Source of the DNA: Eledone cirrhosa | Taxonomy: Eukaryota | Length of the DNA: 64,000 bases | Assembly (NCBI GenBank): GCA_964016885.1 | Contig: OZ024742.1 | Location: 38,130,001 to 38,194,000, forward strand | Reading direction: 5' to 3' | Part shown: positions 26,941 to 39,317 of the stretch, one piece after another | Layout: each line of letters starts with the position of its first letter | Numbering within the stretch: position 1 is the stretch's first letter | Notes under the pieces: model-generated | Told to the model about the DNA's origin: nothing | Databases searched by the model: none | The model's input: only the letters and a program-made list of their open reading frames with translations | Position numbers and translations under genes: made by a program

Positions 26941-28070
26941 GGATGGCATTGGATCTATCTATCTCTCGTATTTACTCCACAATGCTGCCCACTTAAAGGA
27001 TATCTTAGTTCTGTCTATATTCATCTTTGCTGCCACCAGCACTATCAGTCTACTCCCTTCCCAGCTATGTATGAGCATCAAATCCACTTATGCTCATACA
27101 TCCCACAACCTGCTCTATACTGCCATCCATCATTCCTTCCCCAAAGCCACTTCTCATTAACATATATCACTTCCTTCTTCTCACTCAACACTGCTCCTTT
27201 CCTCTTACACTGTCTCTCCCCCTCCTCATGCCAATTCCCTGCCTCTCCCATAATACCCTCATCCACTTACTTTGGTCTTTCTGAGGTTGCTGTTTCTTCT
27301 ATTCACCCTCTGGACCAAGTTGTTTTGATTGAATGGAGACAATGTAGAGTAGTGAGTACTCTTTAATGTTGCTGGTCTCAAGTGCTGGTTCCATAACAAA
27401 ATGCATCCAGTACACTCTGTAAAGGGACAGCGTCTGAACTGGGACCACATAGGGTTGAAAGGATCCCTTTAGTCCTGTTGAGGACATAATTGTTTCTACG
27501 TTAGGCACAAGGCCAGCAATTACCCAGTGCATTACTGGTACTTTATTTTATCGACCCCGTAAGGATGAAAGGCAAAGTTAACCTTGGCGGGAGGTTGAGG
27601 ACATAATAACCTCTCTTGTGCTGTGTCACAATAAAATGTATACAGTACTCTGTACAGCTGTAGTGCTGATACCATGATAAAATGCACCCAGTACACTGTA
27701 AAGTAATTGGCATTAGAATGGGCATCCAGCCATAAAAACAATATGACAAATGGAACATATGAGCAAGAGAAGGTTCTCTAATCTGTCTAATCTATTTTAG
27801 CATGGAAAGATGATGTGAAATGATGATGGTAATAATGATTCTGAAGGATTGCTTTTATCAAAAATATCACAACGATTAATTATTTCATTCAATGTACATA
27901 TTGTTCTGGTGTATAATGTGTTGATATATCTCGCTCTCTCTACTTAATGTATGTGTTGTTGCATGTCCTTCTCCTATCAATTCCTCTGTCTATATGATTA
28001 TACAACTCTCCTGTGTGAATATGTCTATCAGTAGTTAAATTACAACTTGGGAGATAATTTATCACAGAAA

Positions 28071-29351
28071 TCAGTAATAAGGTTTCTCTCCTGTATGAGT
28101 AGATTTGTGAGTTGTTAAGTCAGCATTTCGAGAGAATGCTTTATCACATATACGACAGCGATATGCCTTCTCTCTGGTATGAATGCGTTTGTGCTTAGTT
28201 AAGTCACCATTTCCTGAGAATGATTTACCACATATATCACAGTGACATGGTATCTTTTTTTTATGAAAGGATTTATGAGTAGTTAAGTCAGCTTTTTGAG
28301 AAAATGATTTACTACATATACCACAGCGATATGATTCTCCTGTATGAAGGGTTTTATGTCTAGTTAAGTCACCACTTCTAGAAAACGATTGACCACAGAT
28401 ATGACACTGATGTGGCTTCTCTCCAGTGTGAATGCGTTTGTGCTTGGTTACGTCACCACTTCCAGAGAAAGATCTACCACAAATATCACAGGGATATGGC
28501 TTCTCTCCTGTATGAATGCGTTTGTGAACAATTAAGCCACCAACTTGAATGAATGATTTACCACATGTATCACAGTGAAATGGTTTTTCTCCAGTGTGAA
28601 CACGTTTGTGTTTGGTTAAGGAATTGCTCTGAGTGAATGATTTACCACAGATATCACAATGATATGGTTTCTCTCCTGTATGAATACGTTTGTGAGTGGT
28701 TACATTCCTACTTGCAGCAAATGATTTACCACAGATATCACAGTGATAAGGCTTCTCTCCTGTATGACTATATTTGTGTTGAATTAAGCCACCTGATGCA
28801 GAGAATGATTTACCACAGATATCACAGTGATATGGTTTTTCTCCTGTATGAATGCGATTGTGTTTAGTTAAGGCACTCTTCCCAGAGAATGATTTACCAC
28901 AAATATCACAGGGCCATTGTTTCTTTCCTGTATGTACAAGCCTGTGTGTATTAAAGTTACTTCTTGAAGAGAATGATTTACCACAGATATCACAGTGATA
29001 TGGTTTCTGTCCTGTATGAATGCGTTTGTGAGTAATTAAGTAACTTGATATAGAGAATGATTTATCACAGATATCACAATGATATGGTTTTTCTCCTGTG
29101 TGAATGCGTTTATGTTTAGTTAAATCGCCATTTCCAGGGAATGATTTACCACAGATTTCACATGAATATGGTTTCTCTCCTGTATGAATGCGATTGTGTA
29201 GAGTTAAGGCACTTCCATGAGCAAATACTTTACCACAGATATCACAGCGATATGGTTTTTCTCTTGTATGAACGCGCATGTGACTATTTAGGTTACTTTT
29301 TTGAGAGAATATCTTTTTACAGATATCACAGTGGTATGATTTTTTTATCAT
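28071..29351 (-). CDS. C2H2 zinc-finger protein (ZNF-1), 15 fingers, no KRAB/SCAN/ZAD/BTB domain
   Basis: ORF 28071..29414 has 15 Cx2Cx12Hx3H repeats, mostly with TGEKP-type linkers. First in-frame ATG is at 29351; the GTG at 29414 is unlikely to be used in a eukaryote. Confidence 0.92.
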   Translation of the reverse strand: MIKKSYHCDICKKIFSQKSNLNSHMRVHTREKPYRCDICGKVFAHGSALTLHNRIHTGEKPYSCEICGKSFPGNGDLTKHKRIHTGEKPYHCDICDKSFSISSYLITHKRIHTGQKPYHCDICGKSFSSRSNFNTHRLVHTGKKQWPCDICGKSFSGKSALTKHNRIHTGEKPYHCDICGKSFSASGGLIQHKYSHTGEKPYHCDICGKSFAASRNVTTHKRIHTGEKPYHCDICGKSFTQSNSLTKHKRVHTGEKPFHCDTCGKSFIQVGGLIVHKRIHTGEKPYPCDICGRSFSGSGDVTKHKRIHTGEKPHQCHICGQSFSRSGDLTRHKTLHTGESYRCGICSKSFSQKADLTTHKSFHKKKIPCHCDICGKSFSGNGDLTKHKRIHTREKAYRCRICDKAFSRNADLTTHKSTHTGEKPYY

Positions 29352-30179
29352 TTTTGATATCTCAAGAATATAAAAATCCTTTAATGCTCTCAGAAAATTT
29401 ATTTTTTCTCCCACAACGTATTTATTCCTTGCTTGATATCTTCTGCTATACTTCTAACAACTGTGATCTTTGTTGATATTTGCTTTTACAAAATCATTTA
29501 GAAAGTGGAGTACTTTATACCATCAATCTCAGCCAAAAAAGTGAAAGTAAACCTTTCACAGTATTTCTACCATAGATTTATATAAAAAGTGTTATACCTG
29601 TTCTGTATAACATTTTCCTTTAGTCTTTAAAAGATGATAAATATTGATAATTTATCGGAAGTAAAAAAAAAACTGCTATGCCAATGTCATCTGATATTCT
29701 GAAATTATAAAGAAACAGCATAAAATATATAGAATACATTTCTATTTTGATAAACTATAGCTGAAAACATTAACCTGAATATTTTAACTTTACTTTTTAA
29801 TTTGTTAAAATGACATCAAACAATATTATGTAAAGTTTATTTATATATTTACAGATTACAGTTATAGCTTGTGTAACATTATATAATTATATATATAAAA
29901 GCATAATACCCATAAACAAAATGATCGGGTTTGTAGTGAAAAATATTTAATTTAATAATTCTTTGATTACAACATTCTATGAAAAAATACTTAAATTATT
30001 GAATTTTCTGAATACCTTATTTTACATTGATTTAACTTAATTACAATAATTTTCTTCTCGATTTTCTTTAATCATTATCAAACATATGTCCACTAAATTT
30101 CAATGACTTTATTCTACCTCTATCTGCTTATCGATTTATCTTCGGATGGTTATTGGGATTTGTTGTTGTTATTGTCTGA

Positions 30180-30410
30180 AGATAGATACATTGGTAAATA
30201 TATATAAATAAATTTACAGTGAGGCAGACAGACAGAGAGAGGTAGGTAGATATATAGAGACAGGTCAGTAGACAGATAAATATACAGATGTGTAGGTAGA
30301 TAGATAGATAGATATAGATAAATAACTAGATACATAGCTAGGTAGACAGACATATAGAAATAGCTAGAAAGACTAATAGATAGACAGATAGATGTATTTG
30401 TATGAGAGAG
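30180..30410. repeat. Degenerate (TAGA/CAGA)n microsatellite
   Basis: Directly visible in the sequence. Confidence 0.85.
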
Positions 30411-31929
30411 AAGATATGAAATTACCATTCCCTGTGAAAGTTAACACAATGTGGTTGACACATGACCTTGTGTTTTCTTGGAGCTACATCTTTAGATTGT
30501 GTAACATTATACTAATGAATATAAAATTAAATTATGTTTGAATATAAAATAAAATAATGTCTCAAAAAAATTATTGTAATTGACTTAAATGAATATAAAA
30601 TTAAGTTGTATAATAATTTTTTCTACTTTTGACACAAGGCCAGCAATTATCCCACTGCATTACTGGTGCTTTGTTTCATCGACCCCGAAAGGGTGAAGGC
30701 AAAGTTAACCTCGGCGGGATTTGAACTCAATAATGTCCAATGTACAGCAATTGCTGGAGATTATCAAATTTCTGGAATACTTAAAAGAGACCTAAAACGA
30801 AAGAACAATATTTTTTCTGTAATAGAATCTTTTGAAGTTATCAGTAAATCACGAAATAGTAACTTTTCTGCAATTACCTCGAGGACGCACTCTAATTTTG
30901 ACAACCAAAAATTTGAAAAAAAATAATAAACAAACTTCGGCCTCAAGGACGCATGGTAGATTTTTGAGACTTATTCCATGAAAAAAAGTAGCGTCTTCGA
31001 CGCCGGGAAATACGGTACATTGTAGAATACAAACTTCAGTGTCTTTTACATTTTTCAATAATGAACAGAAAAATAACAATAATAAAATACAAATTGGGCG
31101 TCACTAAAATTCAGAAGTACCAACGAACATACGATACTACCACTGTATATATGATTCTACAAACGGTCCTATTGATGTATGGTATCAATAATGTTTGGTA
31201 CTTTGATACTACAAACTTTTTATAAATGAATGGCCATATTACTTTTATTGTTGAATACTTTCGGAGTTTAATACTTACGAAATTGTTCTACCAAGGATAT
31301 TATTATACGTGTGATTGGTAGTTGAGAAAGATAACAGATGAAATTTCTGTCTATGTTACTGTCCGATTATGTTAAATGGTTGAGAGAAATAATAAATCAA
31401 ATACCAGTCTATGTTACTCTCCGAATCAGATTAATAACAAACTAACCCACTTTTGACCATTATATCAAGACGGAAGTGGAAAGCTGGCCTAATAAGACTG
31501 TAAAGGAAAGGCAACTATGACCTACTGGGGAACTGTAAAGAGAAGACAACTCTCAGTGCATTTATTTCTTTTTGAACCGGTTGCTATTGAGAGACCTGAG
31601 GTGGTCTCGGCTCTTGGATTATCGCCGTTTTCTTCCGACAAATTTGGACGATAGCTAGAAGCATGAGGAAGGAACTCTATGAGAGGAAATAGCTGATACA
31701 GCTTATATCAATGACTATTCATAGAGTGACCCGGTAGCTAAAATATACCATCTAGCCAAGTGTTTAGTTTGCCTCCGCATCCCCTCCCTGATTTGTCATT
31801 GTGATCTTATATACACACCATCATTATATTTATTTTCTACTCACTTTCCATGCTGGTATTGGTTGATCAGATTGTCACAATCCAAGTCGGTTTTCTTTTG
31901 ATTATAGGTGAGTTTTTCATATACCATCA

Positions 31930-32534
31930 CTGATATGGTATGGCCACACTTAGAATTTGCATCACCAGTCTGGAACCCCTATCTTTCTCAGAACATTGAC
32001 CTCCTGGAAACTGTTCAGAGACGTGCAACCAAGCGAATACCCTCCATCAGGCATCTACCATACTCTGAATGCCTTGCTTCCCTGGGCATGGATACATTGA
32101 AGTTCCGACGTCTGGCAACTGACTTGGTAAACACCCACAAAATTATTAACATCTTGCCAACAACAGCACATTTTTTATTTCCATGTGTCTAACACACGTG
32201 GGCATGCCCACAAAGTCAGAAAACAACATAGCTCCCATGACTTTCGGAAACATTTTTTCACGCTCAGAGTTACTGAAGCATGGAACAAACTACCTGCATC
32301 AGTTATTAGCTGTCGAGACACTGCATCCTTTAAAACCTCCATGCTTCCTGAGATTGACCAACACTACACCTGATGTTCCCCCTCCATACACACGCACACA
32401 TGTATTTCATGACTCGTACACTGTTCATTTTCCTGACATTTGTACATTATTCTATGTACTATACATGCACCTTTGATGAGTTGCAGTGCACCTGAGCACT
32501 GTACACAATAATTTCATTATTATTATTATTATTA
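31930..32534 (+). mobile_element. 3' fragment of the same CR1 family
   Basis: High identity to about 42090-42660; (TAT)n tail. Confidence 0.93.
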
Positions 32535-33010
32535 TACTTCCGGTATGTCCTCCGCACTCCTCACTAAATATATAAACATATAAATATATCGTTTAACTCC
32601 TGTGATTAACTTAAGAAAATAGCGATATCCTGTAAGAAATAGTTGAAGTTTTGCTCAAGCTATCAATGTCTTCATCAATTTCAAGTGTCACTATTTCAGC
32701 ACATCTCTCATTATTTCATCTTATTACTAACTACATTGTTATGTAAGTAGCATTCATATATTTCATTTATAGAAGAAAATCTCTCTTTTATATTTACATT
32801 TCTATTTCATCTACACCATTCCTGTTTCCTACAAGAACCTGTTTTCTTTTATCTCTTCATTCTCTTTAATTTATCACTTTATTTAAATTCCGTTGTTAAT
32901 CTAGTTTTCAAAAAATATAATTTTATTTATTCTAATTCTTTCAACTCCCTCTTTTATTTGCTTTTATCCATGTTATCTATTCTTGCTCTATGTTTTTATT
33001 TCGTGTCCCC
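32535..33010 (+). promoter_or_regulatory. Inverted paralogue of the ZNF-4 promoter/first exon
   Basis: Reverse-complement match to 60824-61327, including TACTTCCGGTATG and donor GTAAGT at 32743. Confidence 0.7.
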
Positions 33011-33999
33011 CTCAGATTTTCATTGTTAATAAAAAATGAAATAAAAAACCTCACAGGTTTAGCTGGCTTCCTACAAGGTTGTACTTTAGAGGATATTTCC
33101 TGTGTGTTTTAATGGTAGGACATATATACACATAATGAGAACACACACTTATTGGTGTATTTTCTTTATCAAGACAAATTTGAGATCTCTACAAGATCAA
33201 CATAAACAATATCAAATCTAGAGTACAAACAATAAACAGAGCAAATACAAAAACTAACATCAAATAGAACAGATATAACGAATATAATCAATTTATGCTA
33301 CAAAGAATAACTAGGCTAGCCAGTTGGATAGATTATTTTCCTTTCGGGTTTTCTTGCATGGAGCTGGAATGGAAGGTAGATTTTACATGTAGGTAGAATA
33401 AAAGATAGATCTTACATAAGGGTTGAATGGAAGAAAGATTTTAGTGCCAGAGTGATATGCTTTATAAGAAATACTATCTTAATATTAGTAAGTGATTATC
33501 TAGGTGTTGTGTTGGTTGAGAGTTGCATACACCCACAGATACATTTCTTCATTCTAATTTCTCACTTCATATTGACCTCATCCCTCACACCACTACAGTC
33601 TAAACAGTCACATCTACCCATTACTCATTGCCCTGCCAAATCCTAACATAGACATAACTTCATACCTATCTCCCTCTCCGGAGCTGCGAGGGCTCTACAG
33701 TTGGGTCTTTGACCAACAACCTCTCTAATGATGGTGCCTTAAAAATGCACCCGGTACACTCCGTAAAAGTTGGTTAACAACAGGAACGGCATGATGCTGT
33801 AGAAACCATGCCTAAAAGGGTTTAGAGAATCCTTTAGTTGTGTCAAAAACACAACAACCTCTCTCATGTTGGTTATCTACACAACAAATGCACCCAATAC
33901 ATGCTTTAAAGTGGTTGGTGAAAGGAATGGCATCCAGCTGTAGAAACAAGAGAGGGTTGAGAACTGATCCTTAGTGGACACCTACATGCATGCTAAATT

Positions 34000-34990
34000 C
34001 ATCACTCCACTCATTGTTAATCCTCACCTTACTGACTGCACCACTGTACACAAACCATTCATTTATTCCTTTGTGCCCACCAGATTACAGAGTATGGTAT
34101 TCTATCAAAGGCTTTTTTCCAGGTCAATGAATACTAAGTATAGGGACTTATTTTTAGCTAAGTACTTCTGCATTTTCTCACAAGGAAGTAGTGATACTTC
34201 ATGGCATAAATCCAAACTGCATATCATCAAGATAAATTCTATCCCTAATCAACTTTGCCATCTCTCTCTCTCTCTCTAATATTCATAACTTGATCTAACA
34301 ATGTGATGCCTTTGTAATTGTCTGTCTAGGACATCTCCTTTACCTTTGTAGCAATTGACAGTGATGCTCCCATTCATTAGGTATGCAACTTTTTTGCACT
34401 ACCTGGTTTACTTTATGAGAAACTAGTCTTGTGTCCGTTCCACCAGATAATTTAACCACTTCTGCAACAATCCCCAAACATCCATTTGCATTGCCTACCT
34501 TCATTTGCTTATCTGCTGACATTAGTAATGCACTGGGTCATTGCTGGCCTTGTGCCTAAAGTAGAAACAATTACTATACTGCTGACAACTTTGATGGCTG
34601 ATCCCTTGGGTAGACAACTTTCCAATGCAATCTCCTTATTCAACAATCTCTAGTAATAACATGCCTGTGCTTTCTTCTTTTTCATGTCAGTAAGTGTAAA
34701 TGAGCCACTACTGTTTCCTACACACTTCTCTTTCATGACATCCTCTTGAAATTTGGAACAACTCTACAGAACATTAGCAAACCTCTTACTTTCTATCTTT
34801 CTTCTTGTCAAATAAGCCTTACATCTGGCCTCTCTTCTAGATACCTGGTATTGTTCCCTGCCTTCTAGTCTTTCCAATCCTTCCTCTTAATTTTGTTGTA
34901 CTGTTCCAGCCTTCTGACTAGTTGGTATCTTTCCCCATCCACAGATCTTGTCTGTGGCTCTCAGTAGCTTGTCTCTTAGGAGTTCCTAGT
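34000..34990 (-). mobile_element. Degraded RTE LINE fragment
   Basis: Reverse-complement matches to EKYLAK and DLEKAFD coding sequence, and a YKGKG-like motif. Confidence 0.65.
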
Positions 34991-37198
34991 TGTCCTCTGT
35001 TATACATATCTTACTCATTATCCTCCTTGCTCTAGTATGTCACTTTGATACTTTCTCTACATATGTGAACATCATAAATAAATATTTAAGTAAGCCACAA
35101 AAGAACTTCACTGGATAACAGTGTACCTGCTGGAACATTCCAATAATCAGGTCAGTGTATGGGTGGGGTGGGGGCTTAAGTATTACCCAAGTATAGGAAA
35201 ATATATTAGTTGACTCACTGTATTGGGGGTAAATTACCAACAAAGTATGAGGAAATGGTTAACCCACTGTATTTAAGGTTAAACTCTCATCCACTTATCA
35301 GAAAATAGATACAAACTATCTAAAATATAATTTCATTAAAATTTTAACTTGAAATATTGATTTGTGTTGTTTTTTGGTGAAATACATGTTTTGAACAATG
35401 TATAGTTACAGATATTATGGTCAGTAATATAAGTTTCTTATTAATATAGTACAGTATATTCTGTACTGTAAATAAAGAGATGACATTGTAGAGGAATAGT
35501 GCCAGTGATTAATGTTGTGAAGAGGAGAAATGGAATGATATAATTGGGTTATGTTTTGAGGAATGATGAAAGTGGTTGGGTGATGGAAATAGAGCCGGTG
35601 ATGATTGTGAAGAGAAATGGAATGAGGTGGTTGGGTCATGTGTTGAGGAAGGATTAAAGTGACTGAGTGATGGCAATAGAGCCAGTGATGAATGTTGAGA
35701 AAAGAAATGGAATAAGATGGTTAGGTCATGTGTTGAGGAAGGATGGAACTGACTAGTGAGAGGAGTAATGTTGATATCATTAGACAGTACATATATATAA
35801 CATATTGCTGTCACCACTGTACATATATAACATGCTACCAAAGTTGACATTGCCTTTAAGCTCAACTAGAGTACAGACTCCAGAGAGACACATCAGTATT
35901 ATACATATTCGTATAATTAGATTAAATATAATAAATTCTGTGATCAATAAATACATCATTAAACATATTTGCTATATGGCAGCATTGTGGAACTATCCAA
36001 AGCAATGGACAGGATTGCATGCTATTATGACCTGTCATATGATTTGATGTAGGTGAGTGTGAACTGTCTAGTGGAAAATGCAGGCTTGATAATTATCTTA
36101 ATATGATCAGAGCAAGAAGTATCAAAAACTAAGTTTGCCAGCCTGCTAAACTGTATGTTGAAATTATTGGATATCGGAAAAGAGGTTGTGTGTAGGGGGT
36201 CGTTGCAGAGCTAGCTTAGGGTGCTGGATGACAAGGTGCCTGCTCTGCATGGCATTAATGTCACCACTGTACATATAACAAATGTTGAATATGTCACCAC
36301 GGTCCATATATGTCATCACTGCTATAGCAATCAATACTTTTCATGTATCAGTTCACACAATACAATAACAAATATTGAATAAATAAATCAACATAAAGTG
36401 TCATCTGCTGGATCTGATAAGAATTAGATTTAGTTTATATCCAGATAGAAAGACTAGGTTTCAGCAATGAAGGTCACTGGCACTGACACAGTTCTCTAGT
36501 TATTGGAACATTGTTGATGTTCAATTGTGTAAAGATTTAATCACTGTTGCTGGCATTCAGACATTTTGTATGGAGGAAAGGTTTGTTGCATTAATTCATG
36601 GTTGTGTGGTGAAAGAGTTTACGTCACAATCATGTTGTTCTGGGTTGTCATACTGCATGTCACCTTGGACAGGTGTTATTTACTATAGCCTCAAGTTGGC
36701 CCATGCCTTGTGAGTTACATTTGATTGATGAAACAGCAGAAACCCATCATATGTGCAATTATGGAAAAGCAAATGAAAAATTATATATATATATGTGTGT
36801 GTGTGTGTTATGTTTATATTAATGTCTGTGTTTGTGTCCCATAACCTAGCAATTTGACAAAAAGAGATTAATAAAATAAGAATTAGACTTGAAAACATAA
36901 GTCAATATGAGTGATTAAATCAGGGCAGTGTCCCAGCATAGCTGCAGTCTAATGACTGAAACTAGTAAAATAATAACTGGTATACAGAAAAGAAAGAATA
37001 ATGGCTGTTCATGATGCTCTCTGTATTATACACCAAGAATATACAAGACTGAATTTTTTTTCTTCTGCTCATATACAAGATCAAACCAGTATTTTCAAAT
37101 TATATAATTACACATAAAGGCACCCACCTTTTACATACCTACACACATATTGAACTCTACATAAACTTATAGTAACATACACACACAAATATATCTTA

Positions 37199-37821
37199 CT
37201 AGCAGTGGTACCCCGCATTGCACGGGATAAGGTATTTTGGAATGCGAGCCGCCAACATACCTAATCGTGGAAAAACTGCATGCCTGGACAATATGTAAAG
37301 AAAATAAACCGAATACTCTGATGGATGAATAATCATTAAGATTTTCTCCGATGAAGCAGGAAAAATGCAGGTTTTCACCTAATGCAGGCTCTAGGGGATC
37401 AAGAAAATGAATTTTTTTTATGTGCATAATATGCCTTGAAATTTCAGGAAAATCGGCTAGACGTAACGCCTCAAAAAAGCCCTAAAAAACTGAAAAGATG
37501 AAGTTTTTCACCTAATGCGGGCCCTAGGCCATAAAAAAGTTGGATTTTCTTTGCTCACAGTATGAAGACTAATACATAATTACAATCTCAAGGAAATCGG
37601 TCTGACGAAATGCCTAAAAAAAAACCTAAAAAGCTGAAAAAACGCAGTTTTTCACCTAATGCAGGCCCCAGGGGATCAAAAAGTTGAATTTTGTTATGTG
37701 CATAACACTCCCTGAAACATAAGTAATACACATGTAAAGTTTGAAAAAAATCGGTTGGGTACTTCTCGAGTTTTAGGGATTCAAACTCACAGACAGACAT
37801 CCTCAGTTTTATATATATAGA
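37199..37821 (-). mobile_element. Non-autonomous Helitron with internal tandem repeats of about 135-145 bp
   Basis: Minus strand reads A|TCTATATAT...hairpin CCCGTGCAATGCGGGG...CTAG|T; three TTCACCTAATGC-containing units. Confidence 0.85.
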
Positions 37822-38199
37822 TAAAACAGCAGGTGACTATCACAATTACCAGTTCATGAGTTATAACCAACTGAATACAAATATTCTGTGCCAGAATAAA
37901 CAAGCTATCCAAATATTTGATAACTCATCAAATTTATGCTATACATCTCAGATTACCTACCTTATAAACAACTACACAATCTTACTTAGATACAAACATG
38001 GTTAATACTGGTCAAAGAATAATCATTTATTGTTTCAATGAATTTATTTAATTTGTGAACTGGAAGAATGGTGTACAGCAAAGGTATTCAAAATGGGTAC
38101 TATCCCCACCCCCACTGAGGGGCATTGAGATAGTCCAGGGGGTGGCAGTAGAGATGATATGATATAATAGTATATTAAATATCAAATTATGCATATTAT

Positions 38200-38740
38200 A
38201 TCATCGTTTAACGTCCACCTTCCACGCTAGCATGGGTTAGACGGTTTTCCATTTGATGCGGGAATGATCGGGAGACCATGTCTCGCTTGCACGGAAGTGT
38301 CTCTGGCAGGTTTTTTACAGCTGGATGCCCTTCCTAACACCAACAACATTTATAGTGTGGACTGGGAGCCTTTTGACCGTGTCTCCTACACTGCCACCTT
38401 ACAGTGTGGACTGTTGTGTCATCGACACAGTGGACAGAACAGGAGAGGGGAGGATGGGGTAGGCGGTGGGGTGTACATTGAGTTAAGAGGTGCCTACTGA
38501 CTAGGTTTGTATGCAATGGTAGTCGGGTCTTCTGTACAACTGCATGGGGGTCAAAGGTCTTGATGCAGTGTCATTGTCAGGTGGGCAAGGTCAGTTTTTA
38601 TCACCTCGTCCCAGGATTTTCTTGGTCTACCAACTTCACAGGTTTCATCGATTTTCATTGCCCTGTACTTTTTTATACAGCTGTCATCCTTCATACACAT
38701 CACATGTCCATACCAACGCAATCTCCTCTCCAGAACACAA
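38200..38740 (-). mobile_element. RTE 3' end / RTE-tailed SINE remnant (similar tails near 22470-22620, 27680-27835, 61740-62125 and 63310-63450)
   Basis: Contains GGAAGGGCATCCAGCTG and CCATGCTAGCGTGGAA...GATGAT shared with 44380-44555. Confidence 0.65.
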
Positions 38741-39317
38741 CATTATATATATATAGTAAAATAAAAAATATATATTTATTTATACATAATATATGTATTA
38801 TTTATACTATGTATATGGTGAATTGGCAGTATCGGTAGAGAGTCAGACGCCATGCTTTCTAGCATAGTTACGTCCCATTACAGTCTGAGTTCAAATCCTG
38901 TCGAGGTTAACTTTGCCTTCCATTCTTACGGGGTCGATAAAATAAAGTACCAGTAATGTACTGGTTAATTGCTGGCCTTGTGCCAAAAGTAGAAACAATT
39001 ATATATAAATTAACGATTTTATTTATTATATATTATTTACAATTTGTGTGTATGCAGGGCTCTCTGGAAATAGTGTTGGGGGGAGGCGCTGAGGGGAGCA
39101 ATGGCCCAAAATGTTTGAGAACCTCTGGTGTATGGTGAGAAGACATAAATGTCAACTTAACAAAACAAAGATCAAAATACTCAAAATCACAATCAATCTT
39201 GAATTGACCAGTGCCTTGGGAGTGGAATTTGGTTGATAGGAGTTGCAAAAGTCATTTGTGTGCATGTGTGTCTCATAACTTAATGGTTCAACAAGAAAGA
39301 GATCAATAAGTTGATCT

